Of a stretch of DNA of 64,000 nt, positions 13,020 through 27,509 are shown piece after piece (within the stretch, counting starts at the first letter, position 1; each line of letters opens with the position of its first letter). The position numbers were made by a program, and so were the translations under genes. The notes below the pieces were generated by a model. That model was not told the origin of the DNA. It was given only the letters and a program-made list of their open reading frames with translations, and ran no database searches. The DNA lies in the NCBI GenBank assembly GCA_951406725.2, contig OX597815.1, positions 131,502,001 through 131,566,000 of the forward strand, in the 5' to 3' direction. The stretch is from Octopus vulgaris (Eukaryota).

Positions 13020-13734
13020 TGTATGTATGTATGTATGTATGTATGCATATATGTATGTGGTTTTTATACATTGAGTTTGTTTTGAAAAGAAATGATGCAC
13101 TTTATAGCATAGCTATTGAACTATGGGCTTAGTACAACTATCAGGATATTCTGCGCGCAGTTGAGCATCGTGTCTGTGCGTGTGACAACACAGAATCGCA
13201 TGTCGGTCGGTGAAAGATGTGCAGAATAGAACTCTTTTGAAATAGTTTCCATTCTTGACGCTACACTGAAATGTTTCACGAGAAGGCATTCGATTTGGAC
13301 ATAATATTACCCTTAATACTACATTTACGTAATCCTGCTATTCAATCTCACAACGAAAATCTCACTTGATTATCTATCGACCCGCAGATAGAAAAGAACA
13401 AAGATAATACTAATTGCCTAGAACAATAAACTATCAGAATAAACAATAAAACGATCATGAAAGATTAAGTGATAAACGTCTCAGCCTAACTAATGAAAGT
13501 CATTTTTGTTATTTTTCTACCACTGTCATGCACCTAATAAAAAGGTTTCTTAGTGTCATGCAATGTTTTTTTAGGAGATTCCTCCCATGCCTTACTGTTC
13601 CTCATAAAAGTTGTATTCAGTTTTGAGCTGCCACTGATCAAGGTTTCAAAATTGATAAATAAGAAGTTTCACAATTTTACTTCAACAACGAAGAGATAAC
13701 TCTGGCATCAATATCGTTCACGTATAACCAGTTG

Positions 13735-13935
13735 TTTCTGATATAGGCACAAGGTCTGACATTTTGGAAAGGAGAATTAGCCGGTTACACAGCCCCCAGT
13801 ACCTGATTCATACGGTATTCTATCGAGCCCGGAATACTGAAAGGTAATGACCTAATGAACACCTAATGTAAAACCCGGAAGAAATATTGCTAGGCACTTT
13901 TCTTCGACACTATCAGAATTCCACCGGCTCACTGC
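13735..13935 (-). mobile_element. Degenerate SINE (family A)
   Basis: Similar to 52508-52716 (aggcacaagg...ccccagtac...gaaaggt). Confidence 0.6.
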
Positions 13936-14194
13936 TATAATGTTATTAATTCTGCTGCATTAATTATTTGTGTCATTTCAGTTATTTGATTACATCTATG
14001 TTGCACGTTCAAAAAATTCTGGTGAGATTCATTTTACATTTCATCGTTCATGAGTTGATAAAACAAAGCCCCAGTCAAGAACTAGGAGAATTTTGGGGAA
14101 TATAACTACATATACCTTCTCCGATAACTTAATCGTGCGTATGTTTAGTGTTTTTGAGAGAAATCTTTCTTATTATCGGTATAGTATGCGACAA

Positions 14195-14368
14195 CATGCC
14201 TGGCGGTATTCCTTTCTAGTCATTACGTTCTAATTTCAAATTCTGCCGCGGCCGACTTTGCGTTTCACCCTTTCGAGTTCGATAAATTAAATACCAGTGA
14301 AATATTAGGGTCGATGAAATCGAAGAGTCCCCTCCCATCAAATTTCTGGCCTTGTACCTTTAGCAGAA
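14195..14368 (+). mobile_element. SINE family A followed by (TTA)n (14372-14496)
   Basis: ttcaaattctgccgcggccgactttgcgtttcaccctttcgagttcgataaattaaataccag core. Confidence 0.8.
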
Positions 14369-14371
14369 AGG

Positions 14372-14496
<125 letters not shown>

Positions 14497-16703
14497 CAAA
14501 CAATAAGTTGAGCTCGCTCCAAGTTGTAGTAAATAGCGATTCACTCCGATTATTAAATTGAACGAATTGAACAATATTTCAACAGACTGCCTGTCTTCCT
14601 CGCGTTCAAAATGGAAAATGAAAAGTACAAAGAAATACCGAAATTCAAAATATGAACAGGAATTCCATGTGTTCCTGTTTAGACAAATTGACGTCACCAG
14701 TTTTCCTTTTCTTGAGGTAACAAGCAAAAAGCAAAGAACAAAGACAGATAAAAGAAAGCAGGAAAGAGAACGCTTAATGAAAAAGTTTTGAGTAAATGTG
14801 ATGGGATTCGCCTGCCATTTTATTCATTTCACCAGGAACTGATGTTAGCAATTCACAGATATATCTATCCCTAAGCCTTTTGAGGACGAAAAATGCAGTA
14901 AAGTCACAATATTTTCTGAGAATTTATACTTTCAGCTTTTCCTCGAAGTTACAACGCTTTGATGTAAAATGTTCGGCAAGTTCCGTCAAACTTCTGTTTT
15001 TCTCCGTACATCTTATATGAAACGGCTGTAATTACAATGCCGCACTTTCGGTGTCTTATGAAATTACTCGGATCGACCACAAACTTTCAAGTTGAATTTG
15101 GAAATTCGGTAGACGGATAATGGATTGGAACTTCGTGTTCTTGACGATAACTTCTCCAAGAATAATTTCCTTCCCTCTCAGCAGTTTCGGGCATCCCTTA
15201 AATGTTTTGGGGAATATGTCCTTCTTTCTCTGAACAAACCACTATATGAATACGAGTATATTTTGTCTGGGTTTTTATGGAGTTCACCTCTGTATGTGAG
15301 CATATGTGTGTAGTAAAGAAAGAGTGGTTCTGCTAAATTTAAAAGATCGGTCATTCCAAATAATATATGCATCTTTGATTTATGTCATAAGAATTTAGAA
15401 ATTTCAAGAGACGAGAAATTATTGGTTTTTATCACTGAAATTCGAAGAAGATAAAGCTATGAATAATAACATATAAATATCGGGCAAAAAATCTTTTTGG
15501 GAGAGAAACATCGAAGGTTGACCATGGGGATCAAACTCATATCTTCGACTCGTTCTAGCCAAAAGGATTTAATCCAATATTTACATGTTAGTATTTATAG
15601 CTTTATCCACTTCGAGTTTCATAGTTAAAAGCACATTATTATCGTTCATATAGTTAATAAATGTTTCATTTTGATTTAGTTACTTTTACTCATATTTTCG
15701 AATAAATGTGGTACATCTTGCAAGAATTATTTTCTGAAGTTACAGTATTTCTCCCCACCCCCATTACTCTTAATCACTACCAAAACTTCTACCACGACAG
15801 TCGTCATGTTCTCTCTACATCTCTCAGTGTGTTCTTGTATTTCGAATGATTTATTGTTTCCGCCAAACGTGATTATAACATATCAGCCATAATGTGCGTT
15901 TTATTTTTAATGATCTTTTTTATTGAATTTCTCTATCAATAATTCTTTTATCATGAATTATAAGTGAAAATATTAAATCACGGAGTCCTCTTCTATTAAA
16001 CTGGCAAATCAGAAATCAGCTAATTTGCAACTTTAATAGAACTACCTCAAAGGAGATATCATCTCATCTTCCCTGCAAAGCAACTTGTCTAGAAGCCCTG
16101 GACAATCGAAATTATGACAAGCCAGTTGTGGGTAGAGGTCTATGGAGTTAGTGAAACATTTCCTCTAGTGTTAGTATTACTAGAAACACTGTAACCCTTT
16201 TTCCAGATTTTAATTGTAGTCGATCTAACACGCAGCTCGGTTTCACACCACGGGCAGTACATAGGTCTACGAAAGTTCACGCTGTTTGGTGAACTGTATA
16301 GTTTATTAGCAGATTACATTGGACTGTATTTACTTTTAATTAGTGTCACTGTCTGACAGAGAATGAGCCCACCGTCTGTTAAGAGAAAGGCCTAGCCCTA
16401 TGGATAAGGATTCAGGAACCGTCCCTTCAAGCATTATCTCCCACCTTATGACTTGTGCTCCATCAACTGAGTTTGAAAGGCCAGTCTGTGGTAATTGGTT
16501 TCTTGCTCGACTAATTATAAGAATTGGGTTAATGTCGACACCTTAGTCATCCTTCGCGGTTTCCTCAAACCCACCGTATCCTAAAACTACTAATGGATTA
16601 TGCAAATCGTATGACAGAGTAAGTCTTACATATAATTATGAATTAAATAATATGAAGGTCAAATGGAATAAAGACCAATATATATATATTCTGTTATGCA
16701 TTT

Positions 16704-17115
16704 ATTCTTTTACTTGTTTCAGTCATTTGACTGCGACAATGCCGGAGCACCGCCTTTAGTCGAGCAAATTGACCTCAGAACTTATTTTTTGAAAGAGACT
16801 CTATCGGTCTCTTGTGCCGAAACGTTAAATTACAGGGACGTAAACACACCAACATCGATTGTCAAGCGATGGTGGGAGGACAAGCATAGACACACAAATA
16901 CATACATACATACACACACACACACATATATATATATGTAAATATAAATATATATATATATATATATGACGGGTTTCTTTCAGTTTCCGTCTAATAAATC
17001 CACTCAGTAGGCTTTGGTCGGCCCGAGGGTATAGTAGAGACACTTGCCCAAGGTACCACGTGGCAAGACTGAACTCAGAACCATGGATTGGGGAGCAAGC
17101 TTCTTAACACACAGC
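16704..17115 (-). mobile_element. SINE family B (tRNA head, internal microsatellite, 3' tail)
   Basis: Colinear with 48255-48645, 19364-19650 and 55700-56120. Confidence 0.85.
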
Positions 17116-17584
17116 CTCTCCATATACACATGGACACCAATAACAGCTAAAATTATTAAAACATCACTAAATAGAAACGGTGAACTAGAAAACGCTACAT
17201 CTCAAGAATTCTTACATTTCTCGATAAAAACATTCTACGTAGAAATTTAGGCGAAGCCTCACATATTCAACTATCGTCTGTTTTTCTATACACTGCTAGA
17301 TGACTTCTGTTATTTTTGGTTGAAGGTTTCAAATACTCAAGGTTTAACTCAAATGGTTGACAGGCGGTGAGTTGGCTGAAGCGTTAGAGAGTGGAAAAAA
17401 TGTTTTGAGCAATTCGTCCTAATTTACGACGAGAAGTATGTCTTTATCGGGAACTGTTTGACATTGGAGTTTCTTAGAGACTTCTAATTTCATTTTTCAT
17501 TTAATGACGTTTCACAGTATACTGTAATTCTCTGCGTCCCTTGCTGGAAAGGTAATCCGTTTCTGCTTTCAGTATATTCTTGTT

Positions 17585-17750
17585 AGGCAAAGGTTGTGAG
17601 ATGGCAGAAAGCGGCATTTCTTCCAGCATTTGGGTTCAAATTCCATTGAGGTCCTTTCAGGATCAATAAAATAATAGCACATGAGCATTGGGGCCGACGT
17701 AAATGACAATCTCCTTCCCTCAAACTTTCAAGACTTATGCCTAAAGTAAA
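17585..17750 (+). mobile_element. Degenerate SINE family A
   Basis: gagatggcagaa...gttcaaattcc...gaggtcctttc. Confidence 0.55.
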
Positions 17751-18271
17751 AAGAATTTTATTTTTGATAAGAAATTCCTTTTCGTGCAATGATTTTCGAA
17801 TAACCACAATCTTTGAAATTTTGCAACATAAAACTTTTTCAGATGTTTACCAGTTTCTAGCATTTTAACCTTGTTTACGACTCCATTGTTACAATTATTC
17901 TTTTCGTTTTTTGTTGATTTTGTATCTAGCTATTTTTGATTCAATAAATACATGTTTCCTAGAATTTCCTTAACCTTTAAAAATTCAGATCGATATGCAT
18001 GTGTATTTGTATTATTTACAGAATTTAATATTTTCTTTCCATGAGGGAAACTAACATCTGAAACCATGTATTCCTTTAGCTTCTAATTCACGTTATAATT
18101 ATCGTTTTAACGCTACTTTCCCCTGTGAACACAGCGTTTTTCCAAAAATATAGTAATTATCAAAGGGGCTTCCTGTGCTATGACATGCTTCAAATCCTGT
18201 ATCAGACGCCATGTAATATAAAAAGAAAGAATAATTATGATTGGTTTCATTAAGCATTTTTTTTTGGTTTT

Positions 18272-18276
18272 ATATT

Positions 18277-18371
<95 letters not shown>

Positions 18372-18396
18372 TACTATTCTTCTTCTTCTTCTTCTT

Positions 18397-18427
<31 letters not shown>

Positions 18428-18534
18428 TTGTTATTGTTATTATTATTATTATTACTATTATTATTGTTATTACGTTGTTTATTTTATACGAGCTGTTCCA
18501 AGTCTCAAGCAGAGGCCTCAAGTAACAGCAAATA

Positions 18535-18602
<68 letters not shown>

Positions 18603-18776
18603 CACCACCACCACCACCACCACCACCACTACTACTAATACTGATGCTGCTGCTATTACAACTACTACTACTACAGCTGCTGCTGCTGCTACTACTACTA
18701 CTACTGCTGCTGCTACTGCTGCTACCACCGCCATCGCCACCACCACCACCACTGCCATCACTACCACCGCCGCCAC
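18272..18776. repeat. Long compound microsatellite (TTA)(TTC)(TTA)...(CTA)(CCA)(CTG) with an embedded Dong-like 3'UTR scrap at about 18470-18530
   Basis: Repeats read directly; ccaagtctcaagcagaggcctcaa resembles ccaagtctcacccagagacctcaa at 29620-29643. Confidence 0.85.
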
Positions 18777-19114
18777 CCTTCACAAGTTATAGTTTTATCG
18801 CGTGGCTTCACTTCCCTTAGAGCGCAACTCTGTGTTGCTTGGCCGTGTTCAGCTTTTAATTTTCATTTGATATTTTTATTTGTATTCACAGAAAACTGCA
18901 TAATATGTGTAATACCAAGTTATAACAGTTTTCTGCATGCTCTGCATATTTGCAACTCCTGGGGTTTGGCTTATGTTTTTCTGTGTATGCTATATTTTTA
19001 AATAAGATTCTTCACAGCACATTCATTGTTAGTTTTCCGAGAAGTCAACGGAAAAGCGTGAATATTTCACTCTTCCTCCATAAACAAGATTTTGTAAATA
19101 ATATTTATCATATA

Positions 19115-19345
19115 TACTTCTTTATTGCCCACAGGAGGCTAAACATAGAGGGGACAAACGAGGACAAACATAGTGTTTAAGTCGATTACATCGACCTCAG
19201 TGCGTAGATAGTACTTATTTAATCGACCTCGAAAGGATGAAAGGCAAAGTTGACCTCGGCGGAATATGAACTCAGAACGTAGCGGCAGATGAAATAACGC
19301 TAAGCATTTTGCCCGGCGTGCTAACGATTCTGCCAGCTCGCCACC
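19115..19345 (-). mobile_element. SINE family A, near full length
   Basis: Minus strand ggtggcgagctggcagaatcgttagcacgccggg...gttctgagttcatattccgccgaggtcaactttgcctttcatcctttcgaggtcg. Confidence 0.9.
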
Positions 19346-19363
19346 CTAAATACTTATGATATA

Positions 19364-19529
19364 GGCGCAGGAGTAGCTGTGTGGTAAGTGGGTTGCTTAC
19401 CAACTACATGGTTCTGGCTTGAATCCCACCGCGTGTCACATAGGGATTGTGCCTTCTACTATAGCCTCGGACTGACCAAAGCCTTGTGAGTAGATTCGGT
19501 AGACGGAAACTGAAAGAAGCCCGTCGTAA

Positions 19530-19562
<33 letters not shown>

Positions 19563-19650
19563 CGTGTGTGTGTGTCCGTGTATGTGTGCGTGTGTGTGCG
19601 TGTCTGTGCTTGTCCTCCCAACATTGCTTGACAACCGATGTTGGTGTGGT
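19364..19650 (+). mobile_element. SINE family B, followed by an inverted tail fragment at 19680-19800
   Basis: ggcgcaggagtagctgtgtggtaag (A box)...ggcttgaatccc (B box)...gacggaaactgaaagaagcccgtcg. Confidence 0.88.
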
Positions 19651-20146
19651 TATTTCTAAAGTATGAAACTTATTTTCTGAGTCTCTTTGTGAAACTGCTA
19701 CGTTATGGGGACGTAAATAAATCAGCATCGGCTGCCAGGTGTTAATGGTGGACAAACACAAAAACACACGCACACGTAGACACACAAAAGCACGCGCACA
19801 CACACACACACACACATACACACACACATACACACACATACATACATACATACACATTAATGTTTGCTCTTAAGTTCAGTTGACATAAAAAGCACTTTTG
19901 CATTAACCTCGTGCTTTCTCATTAATATTTAACTTGGAGAGGGATAATTATGACAAAACACTCAAGCTATAATTTTAATTTCAATAGCGTATCAAATGAG
20001 AAGCTTTAATTATGTGTTAATTAAAGAGATTCTTATTGTCATCCTATTATTTAGCTCTAATTATTCCAGCCACCTGCAGAGTTGCATTCGTACTCTTTCA
20101 TATTTACATACTTCTAAAACAATAAAAGCTGGACTCTATGTTTCTA

Positions 20147-20204
20147 TCATCATCATCAACATCGTCGTCGTCATTATCATCATTACCATCATCACAATCA
20201 TTAC

Positions 20205-20265
<61 letters not shown>

Positions 20266-20297
20266 GTCATCCTCCTCCTTCTTCTCCTCCTCGTCTT
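20147..20297. repeat. (ATC)n-rich microsatellite
   Basis: Read directly from the sequence. Confidence 0.95.
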
Positions 20298-20502
20298 CAT
20301 CTCTCTCAAACACAGCATTTTCTGTGAGTTAAACATCTCTGGCTTGGCTTCGACTTCTGATTCGTACCAATATTCTTTGATTTCCAGTGTTTGGCCTCTA
20401 TTTGGTTCCCAATCATTCCTTGATTTTTCTCCAAAGCGAGAAATCTCACCAAATATAAGATGCCATACAATTGATATTTACATATGGACATTGATCATAC
20501 AG

Positions 20503-21485
<983 letters not shown>

Positions 21486-22092
21486 GACAGAAACCCAGCA
21501 AAGAAATGTGTTATCTTCCAATATCTTGGATATTGAAGTTTGAGACACAATTAAGAAAATCTACTTACCGTTTAGGACTGCAATTCCCGGTCATTCTCAA
21601 TATGGAGAGGAAGCTTTTCAGTCAGGACAACTACTCTCATCATATTTGCAAATGACATTCAAGATAACTCGATGATATATTAATGGATACTTCCTTTAAA
21701 ATAAACTTTTAAGAATATTTTTTTTATTTCATAAGTAGAAAACATCGTAATCTAGAAACTTCTGATGTGGTTATTGAAAAACATATATTTTAACGAGAAT
21801 TTGTTGGTTTACATTTTTGTGTAAAAATAAATCAACACAAGAATGCATTTATCAGGTAGAGAGGAAATAAAAATAAAATTTCTTGTCGATGAAGCAGTAA
21901 ATTAGAGGAATATATTATGCAAATCTTGAATCGGCTTTGAATGACGTTTTTATCCACTTTCTCAAGATATAGATAACATTTATGGTATTGAAGGACAAAT
22001 GGATATTTCAACTTCACATTTTGTAGAAGCAGAAGCAGGTTATCAACAGCATGATCATTTGTTTCCATATTCCTTTTCAAACAGATGAAACT

Positions 22093-22159
<67 letters not shown>

Positions 22160-22164
<5 letters not shown>

Positions 22165-22500
22165 TTAATATCAGGGTAAAAACGATTTTAGAAATTTTTA
22201 CTAACAGTGGCCTAGCGTGTAGAAAAATTAGTCAATAGACTATATATTATTCATATAAAATATCGTGTACATTAAAACACATTAAGAGGCTTCCATCATA
22301 GGAAAGCCTTGCGCTAGTAAGAACAGTTAAAAATTGAAACCACTAATTAGGGATAAATTCTCGAAGGGAATGAAAATTAAAAACATTTACCATCTAATTT
22401 AATTCCTAGACCATGGTTTCTGTGTTATTTCAGTAAAAGATTTACTGAGGCCAGTCTTCATCAGTAGGAAGCCTTTAGATTTTAAATATAGACACGATAT
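22160..22500. repeat. PLE-terminal-like repeat with partial fold-back; relatives at 22620-22730, 42120-42215 and 62095-62450
   Basis: Shared ...ccagtggcctagcg...aaaa(t)tagtcaatagacta motif; atatcgtgt...ggcttcc is inverted at 22465-22500. Confidence 0.7.
22403..22470 (-). ncRNA. Type I hammerhead ribozyme motif
   Basis: Minus strand ttccta-CTGATGA-[37 nt containing a tcagtaaa/tttactga hairpin]-GAAAC-CATG-GTC-taggaa; 6-bp stem I, palindromic stem III, GUC site. Confidence 0.7.
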
Positions 22501-23788
22501 CTATTCCGCATGTAAACTCATTGTCTGTATATTCTAAGTTTTCAAATCCACTGCGCAGACGCAGTCTATTTCCGGCAACAGGGAACATATTTATCAAAAA
22601 CCATTTAAACATAAATAATATTGGGGCAATAAGAATTGTAGAAATATTTTATTACCAGTGGCCTAGCGCAAAAAAATTTAGTCAAAAGACTATATATTAT
22701 TCATATAAAATATCGTGTACATTAAAACACACACTCGTTGTGTGTATATTTAAAATCTAAGTATCAAATTCATTTTTAGTTTCATACTGTTGTAGCATAT
22801 ATGGACTTACTTACAAATTATGGTATATCTTATCAGTAAATTGCGCGAAAACCTTAGGTAATGAGAAAGAGTTATTTTGATGCGTTGAAATTTATAAAGT
22901 AACGTACAATTATCAAAACAATTTTCAAAATGTTCCATGTTACAGACCTGTGTAATGGGCACATGTAAGAACATCACGGGCACGTTAAAAACTACAAATT
23001 CGTATCAATGTATTATCATATTCGGGTGTTTTGCACTTTTTGATGTGTAGAATAGAATTATATTAATCGGAATAATAAAGTGTCTTTTCGGGTCTTATAA
23101 TACTCACACCGCTGTATCATATAACTTGTTATGTCATTGGATAACCTGTGAGCATGTCCATCCATTAAGTTTCTTAATTACTAAGATACGAGTAGAGTAT
23201 CATTTGTGGATCGCATATTGTGGCATCAGTGGGTTAGCGTATTGTGAACACGTTGTATGAATATCTTCATAAGGATTTTTCAAAGTTATAAAATATACAG
23301 CAAGAATCGTGAGAATATCAAAGAGGAAAGTAAAGCAGATAGCTTCAATTGGAAACGAAGATCAGTCAACAGGTGCTGGATATTTGCTGACGTGAATTAC
23401 GATCTTATTGCATAGTTACGTTAGCTCATTTGGTGCGTTAGTATTATGCATCGGAAATCACTTAAGATAGATTCAACGACATGTTGGTACCAAAGAACTT
23501 GCGCACAATACCACAATGGCGTCATTTATGTCATTCTCATTCCTGATAGATATCTTTTAAACTAAGTACAGTTTCTTACCATAGAGTGCAAGTAATTAAA
23601 TACCTTGCCTTTGAATTAATGCTCAACGATTGCATCAATATTCTAGAGTTTTGCCAAAGATATTTTTATGTAATTTCCTTATGCATTCGCACGTCTGTAC
23701 AATTAGCATTATCACTAAAGTTTACAGAAATTTCATCATTATTTCTGTAATTCTCATAATTAACATCTTACATTTTACCTTAAAATAG

Positions 23789-23789
<1 letters not shown>

Positions 23790-23855
<66 letters not shown>

Positions 23856-23866
23856 GGTGGTGGTGG

Positions 23867-23906
<40 letters not shown>
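23790..23906. repeat. (GAT)n(GGT)n(GAT)n microsatellite
   Basis: Read directly from the sequence. Confidence 0.97.
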
Positions 23907-24251
23907 AAATAAATGAGTTTAGTTCCTCGAAAGGAAATGATTACATTTAAATGAATAAAAGTATTCTATTTTTGCATAAAATAAAGACAAGACTACAAGT
24001 CTTTCCCATATATATACTCGCACCCACTCGTGACTCGCACATGCTGACAGATAAACACGATTATGGAAACTAGCGGGCGTTAGTAGCATTATAAAATGAA
24101 AAGAAATTCAAGTTATCGATTAGCCGTTTCTTTAAATTCACGAGGGAACGCGTCATCAGCACTTACGTAACCTTATAGATGTGTTCCATAGAATACATGT
24201 ATATACATACAAACATACATACATACATAAATACATACATACATAAATACA

Positions 24252-24283
<32 letters not shown>

Positions 24284-24359
24284 CATATATACATACAAAA
24301 TATACATACACATATATACATATACATATAATTGTATATACACTTATATATACATATAA

Positions 24360-24393
<34 letters not shown>

Positions 24394-24426
24394 GCACACC
24401 TCATATATATATATATATATGCAAGC

Positions 24427-24475
<49 letters not shown>

Positions 24476-24689
24476 TGTGTGCTTAAAGGAGATGGCTGGA
24501 AGGCGTCTGCGTTTAATTTGCACGAAATTCAGCAGAGACATATATTTAGACGGATAAGTAGCAAGAGCGAGAGAAACAGAGATTATTGGAAACAGCACAC
24601 GGGACATACTATGAGAGCTTTATCTAGCTATTTTTTTCTGTTTTTATGCGTATGAAACAGCAATTTTAAACATATACTCGTACAAATAT

Positions 24690-25517
24690 ATATATATATA
24701 GAACAATCTTACTTAGAAATGGATGCGTGCGCTCCGTCATATAATAAATTAATAAATAAATAAAACATATGCATATATACATACATATACTTACGTACTT
24801 ATCTCTACATGTATATATACATGCATATATGGCTACAGGACACCAAAAAAACGTCGAACCCAATGAGAAACGAAACCATAAACACAAAACCAAGGAAATG
24901 GACATTTTTCTTAAACAACGAAAAATAGAGTACAGGACATACAAAACAAGGAAAATTCCCCTTCTTCAGTCGCCTTTGTTTCATCTACTCCACGTTTCGA
25001 AGGTCAAGGCGATACATGATTTTAATGAAACAATCCTCCCCGCAAAAATCAAATTAAATAAAATTCGAGATTTTTTTGCGGAGGGGTACAAATGGTAACA
25101 AAACCAGGACAGTAACGACAGCACAAAATATAAACAGTAAAAGACAGAACAAAGAGAATAACAGTAACACAAACAAGAAGGGCTGTTAAGCCGAACGAGA
25201 TAAAATTTTTTTACGAACGCTATTTTTTGAGAACGGCGAGGGAGCAACAGATGTGCCGTCTCTACTTGAAGGTAGCCAGGAGATGAAACAAAGGCGTCTG
25301 AAGAAGGGGAATTTTCCTTGTTTTGTATGTCCTGTACTCTATTTTTCGTTGTTTAAGAAAAATGTCCATTTCCTTGGTTTTGTGTTTATGTTTTCATTTC
25401 TCATTGTGTTCGACGTTTTTTTTGGTGTCATGCACCCATATATGCATGTATATATACATGTAGAGGTAGGTAGTACATATATGCATGTATATATGCATAT
25501 GTTTTATTTATTTATTA

Positions 25518-25522
<5 letters not shown>
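24690..25522. mobile_element. Non-coding element with inverted arms of about 250 bp in TA-rich sequence; family copies at 27510-28400 and 37900-38310
   Basis: About 24741-24986 is the reverse complement of about 25280-25522; shared gatgaaaca...ctga(a/t)gaaggggaat motif. Confidence 0.75.
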
Positions 25523-25569
<47 letters not shown>

Positions 25570-25709
25570 TATTATTATTATTATTATATTATTAGGGAAT
25601 ATTACTTCCGAGTACACAGGAAACAGACATTCAAATTAGATGTACTAAAATGAACATCTCTCAATGCTTAATTCGTATATATAAAATTTTAGAGACAGAA
25701 CCACCTTCA

Positions 25710-25940
25710 AAATTGAAATATTTTATACCCGACAACTCCAGTTGTCTGATTCTAACTATATCTATTCTGAATCCTGTAAGTATTGAAATTAGATACCTCG
25801 TATCTAATCAATACCGACGTACATTCATGAAACACGTGTAGTCTTATAAACGGTAAATACAGGATTCAGAATAGATATAGTAATTATAATATTTAATTTT
25901 TAGCATTTTATGGAGTGGTCGGTTATAAAATCTTTCAGTG
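25710..25940. repeat. Nested fold-back inverted repeat
   Basis: actatatctattctgaatcctgta / tacaggattcagaatagatatagt, with outer and inner arms. Confidence 0.8.
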
Positions 25941-26011
25941 TAACTCTGAGTAATAGCTTTTGTGATGTTTTTGCAGCTTTAATAAAAAAAAGTGCATATA
26001 TATATATATAT

Positions 26012-26253
26012 GTTATTTTACTTGTTTCAGTCATTTGACTGCAACTATGCACGAGCACCGCCTTTAGTGGAGCAAGTCGACTCCAGGACTTATTCTTTGT
26101 AAGACTATTACTTATTCTATCGTCACTTTTGCCGAACCGCTATGTTACGGGGACGTAAACACACTAAAATCAGTTGTCAAGCAATAGCACGTGGGACAAA
26201 CATAAACACACAAATACATATATATAAAACATACATACATATATATATATATA

Positions 26254-26292
<39 letters not shown>

Positions 26293-26683
26293 TTATAATA
26301 AAGGGTTAATTGCAACAAGTTGCTCAAAACCACATACCGAAAACTTTAGAAATGGCAGCCAAATAGGTCAACATTTCTCCTACTAGTGAAACAGTCTCCA
26401 CAAACAAACAGAATTTGCAGCCCGTATATGGTAAAGAGAAAGAAAATAACCAAATCCCAGCCTATTTGGATTAATTATAGACGAAATCTTTTCTAGATTA
26501 GAACCAGAAGTTCATTTCCTTGTCAATATAATATTTTCGGTATGGGGCTTTGAGGAAATTGTTGCAATTAACCCCTTCTTATAATTAATATAATCCTTAC
26601 CTAATATGGTATTTTCCATACCGATAAATCTACTAGGTGAAATTTATTAATTTTATTAAACTAATTATATTTCACCCTTTTTG

Positions 26684-26775
<92 letters not shown>

Positions 26776-26946
26776 GCAAAAATTAGACAGGCTTCTATTA
26801 GTTACCGTCTACCAAACCCACTCAAAAGGATTTGGTCGGCCCGAGGATATAGTAGAAGGCACATGCCAAAGGTGCTACGCAGTGGGACTGAACCCGGAAA
26901 AATTTCTTGGGAATCACACTTCTTACGATACATCCCCTCCTGCACC
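26012..26946 (-). mobile_element. SINE family B split at its internal (TA)n by the 26288-26680 insertion
   Basis: Tail 26012-26215 and head 26785-26946 are colinear with 48255-48645. Confidence 0.75.
26288..26588. repeat. Element of about 300 bp with about 55-bp inverted termini, inserted in (TA)n
   Basis: aattataataaagggttaattgcaacaa...cataccgaaaa vs ttttcggtatg...ttgttgcaattaaccccttcttataatt. Confidence 0.8.
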
Positions 26947-27509
26947 TATATATACAAGCAATAAGACAAAATCGGATGAGGCCCACTACAGCAGTTTCAG
27001 AAGTGTTATTTATTGATGAGTGATAATATTACGTCATGTAAAAACAAACGCTTTCTTCAGGTGAGTAAAATTTAAAATTTAGGAGACATCACGTAAATCA
27101 AACATCATGCAAGTTCATTCTCCGTTTCTGGTTGAAGATGAAAGAGTGAATGGCAAATGCTATTTGAATTTATATATACATGGTAATAAATTCAATGAAC
27201 TAGATTAAGAGATTGAAATGGAGGGAAATAGAAAGAGAGAAAAAAGGGGAAAAAAGAGAAAAAAAAAGGAAAACTTAAAAGATCTTAAAGAACTGACAGT
27301 CAATCGGAGGAGATGGTCAGCAATTATTTGATGACGGCAAGATGAGCAAGAGAACGCGTAAATAAAGACCAGGAGCCAAAATGATAATATAAAATAAATT
27401 GAAGGCACGGCCACAGAACAGCAAATGGGGCGCCAAAAAGGCCACACGCACACTAATACACATACACATGCTCACACTCACATTAATATATATATGCACA
27501 CACACACGC

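Noticed and set aside
21880-22090. Coding-looking segment
   Set aside because: Short and frameshifted, with no recognisable family or clear splice sites
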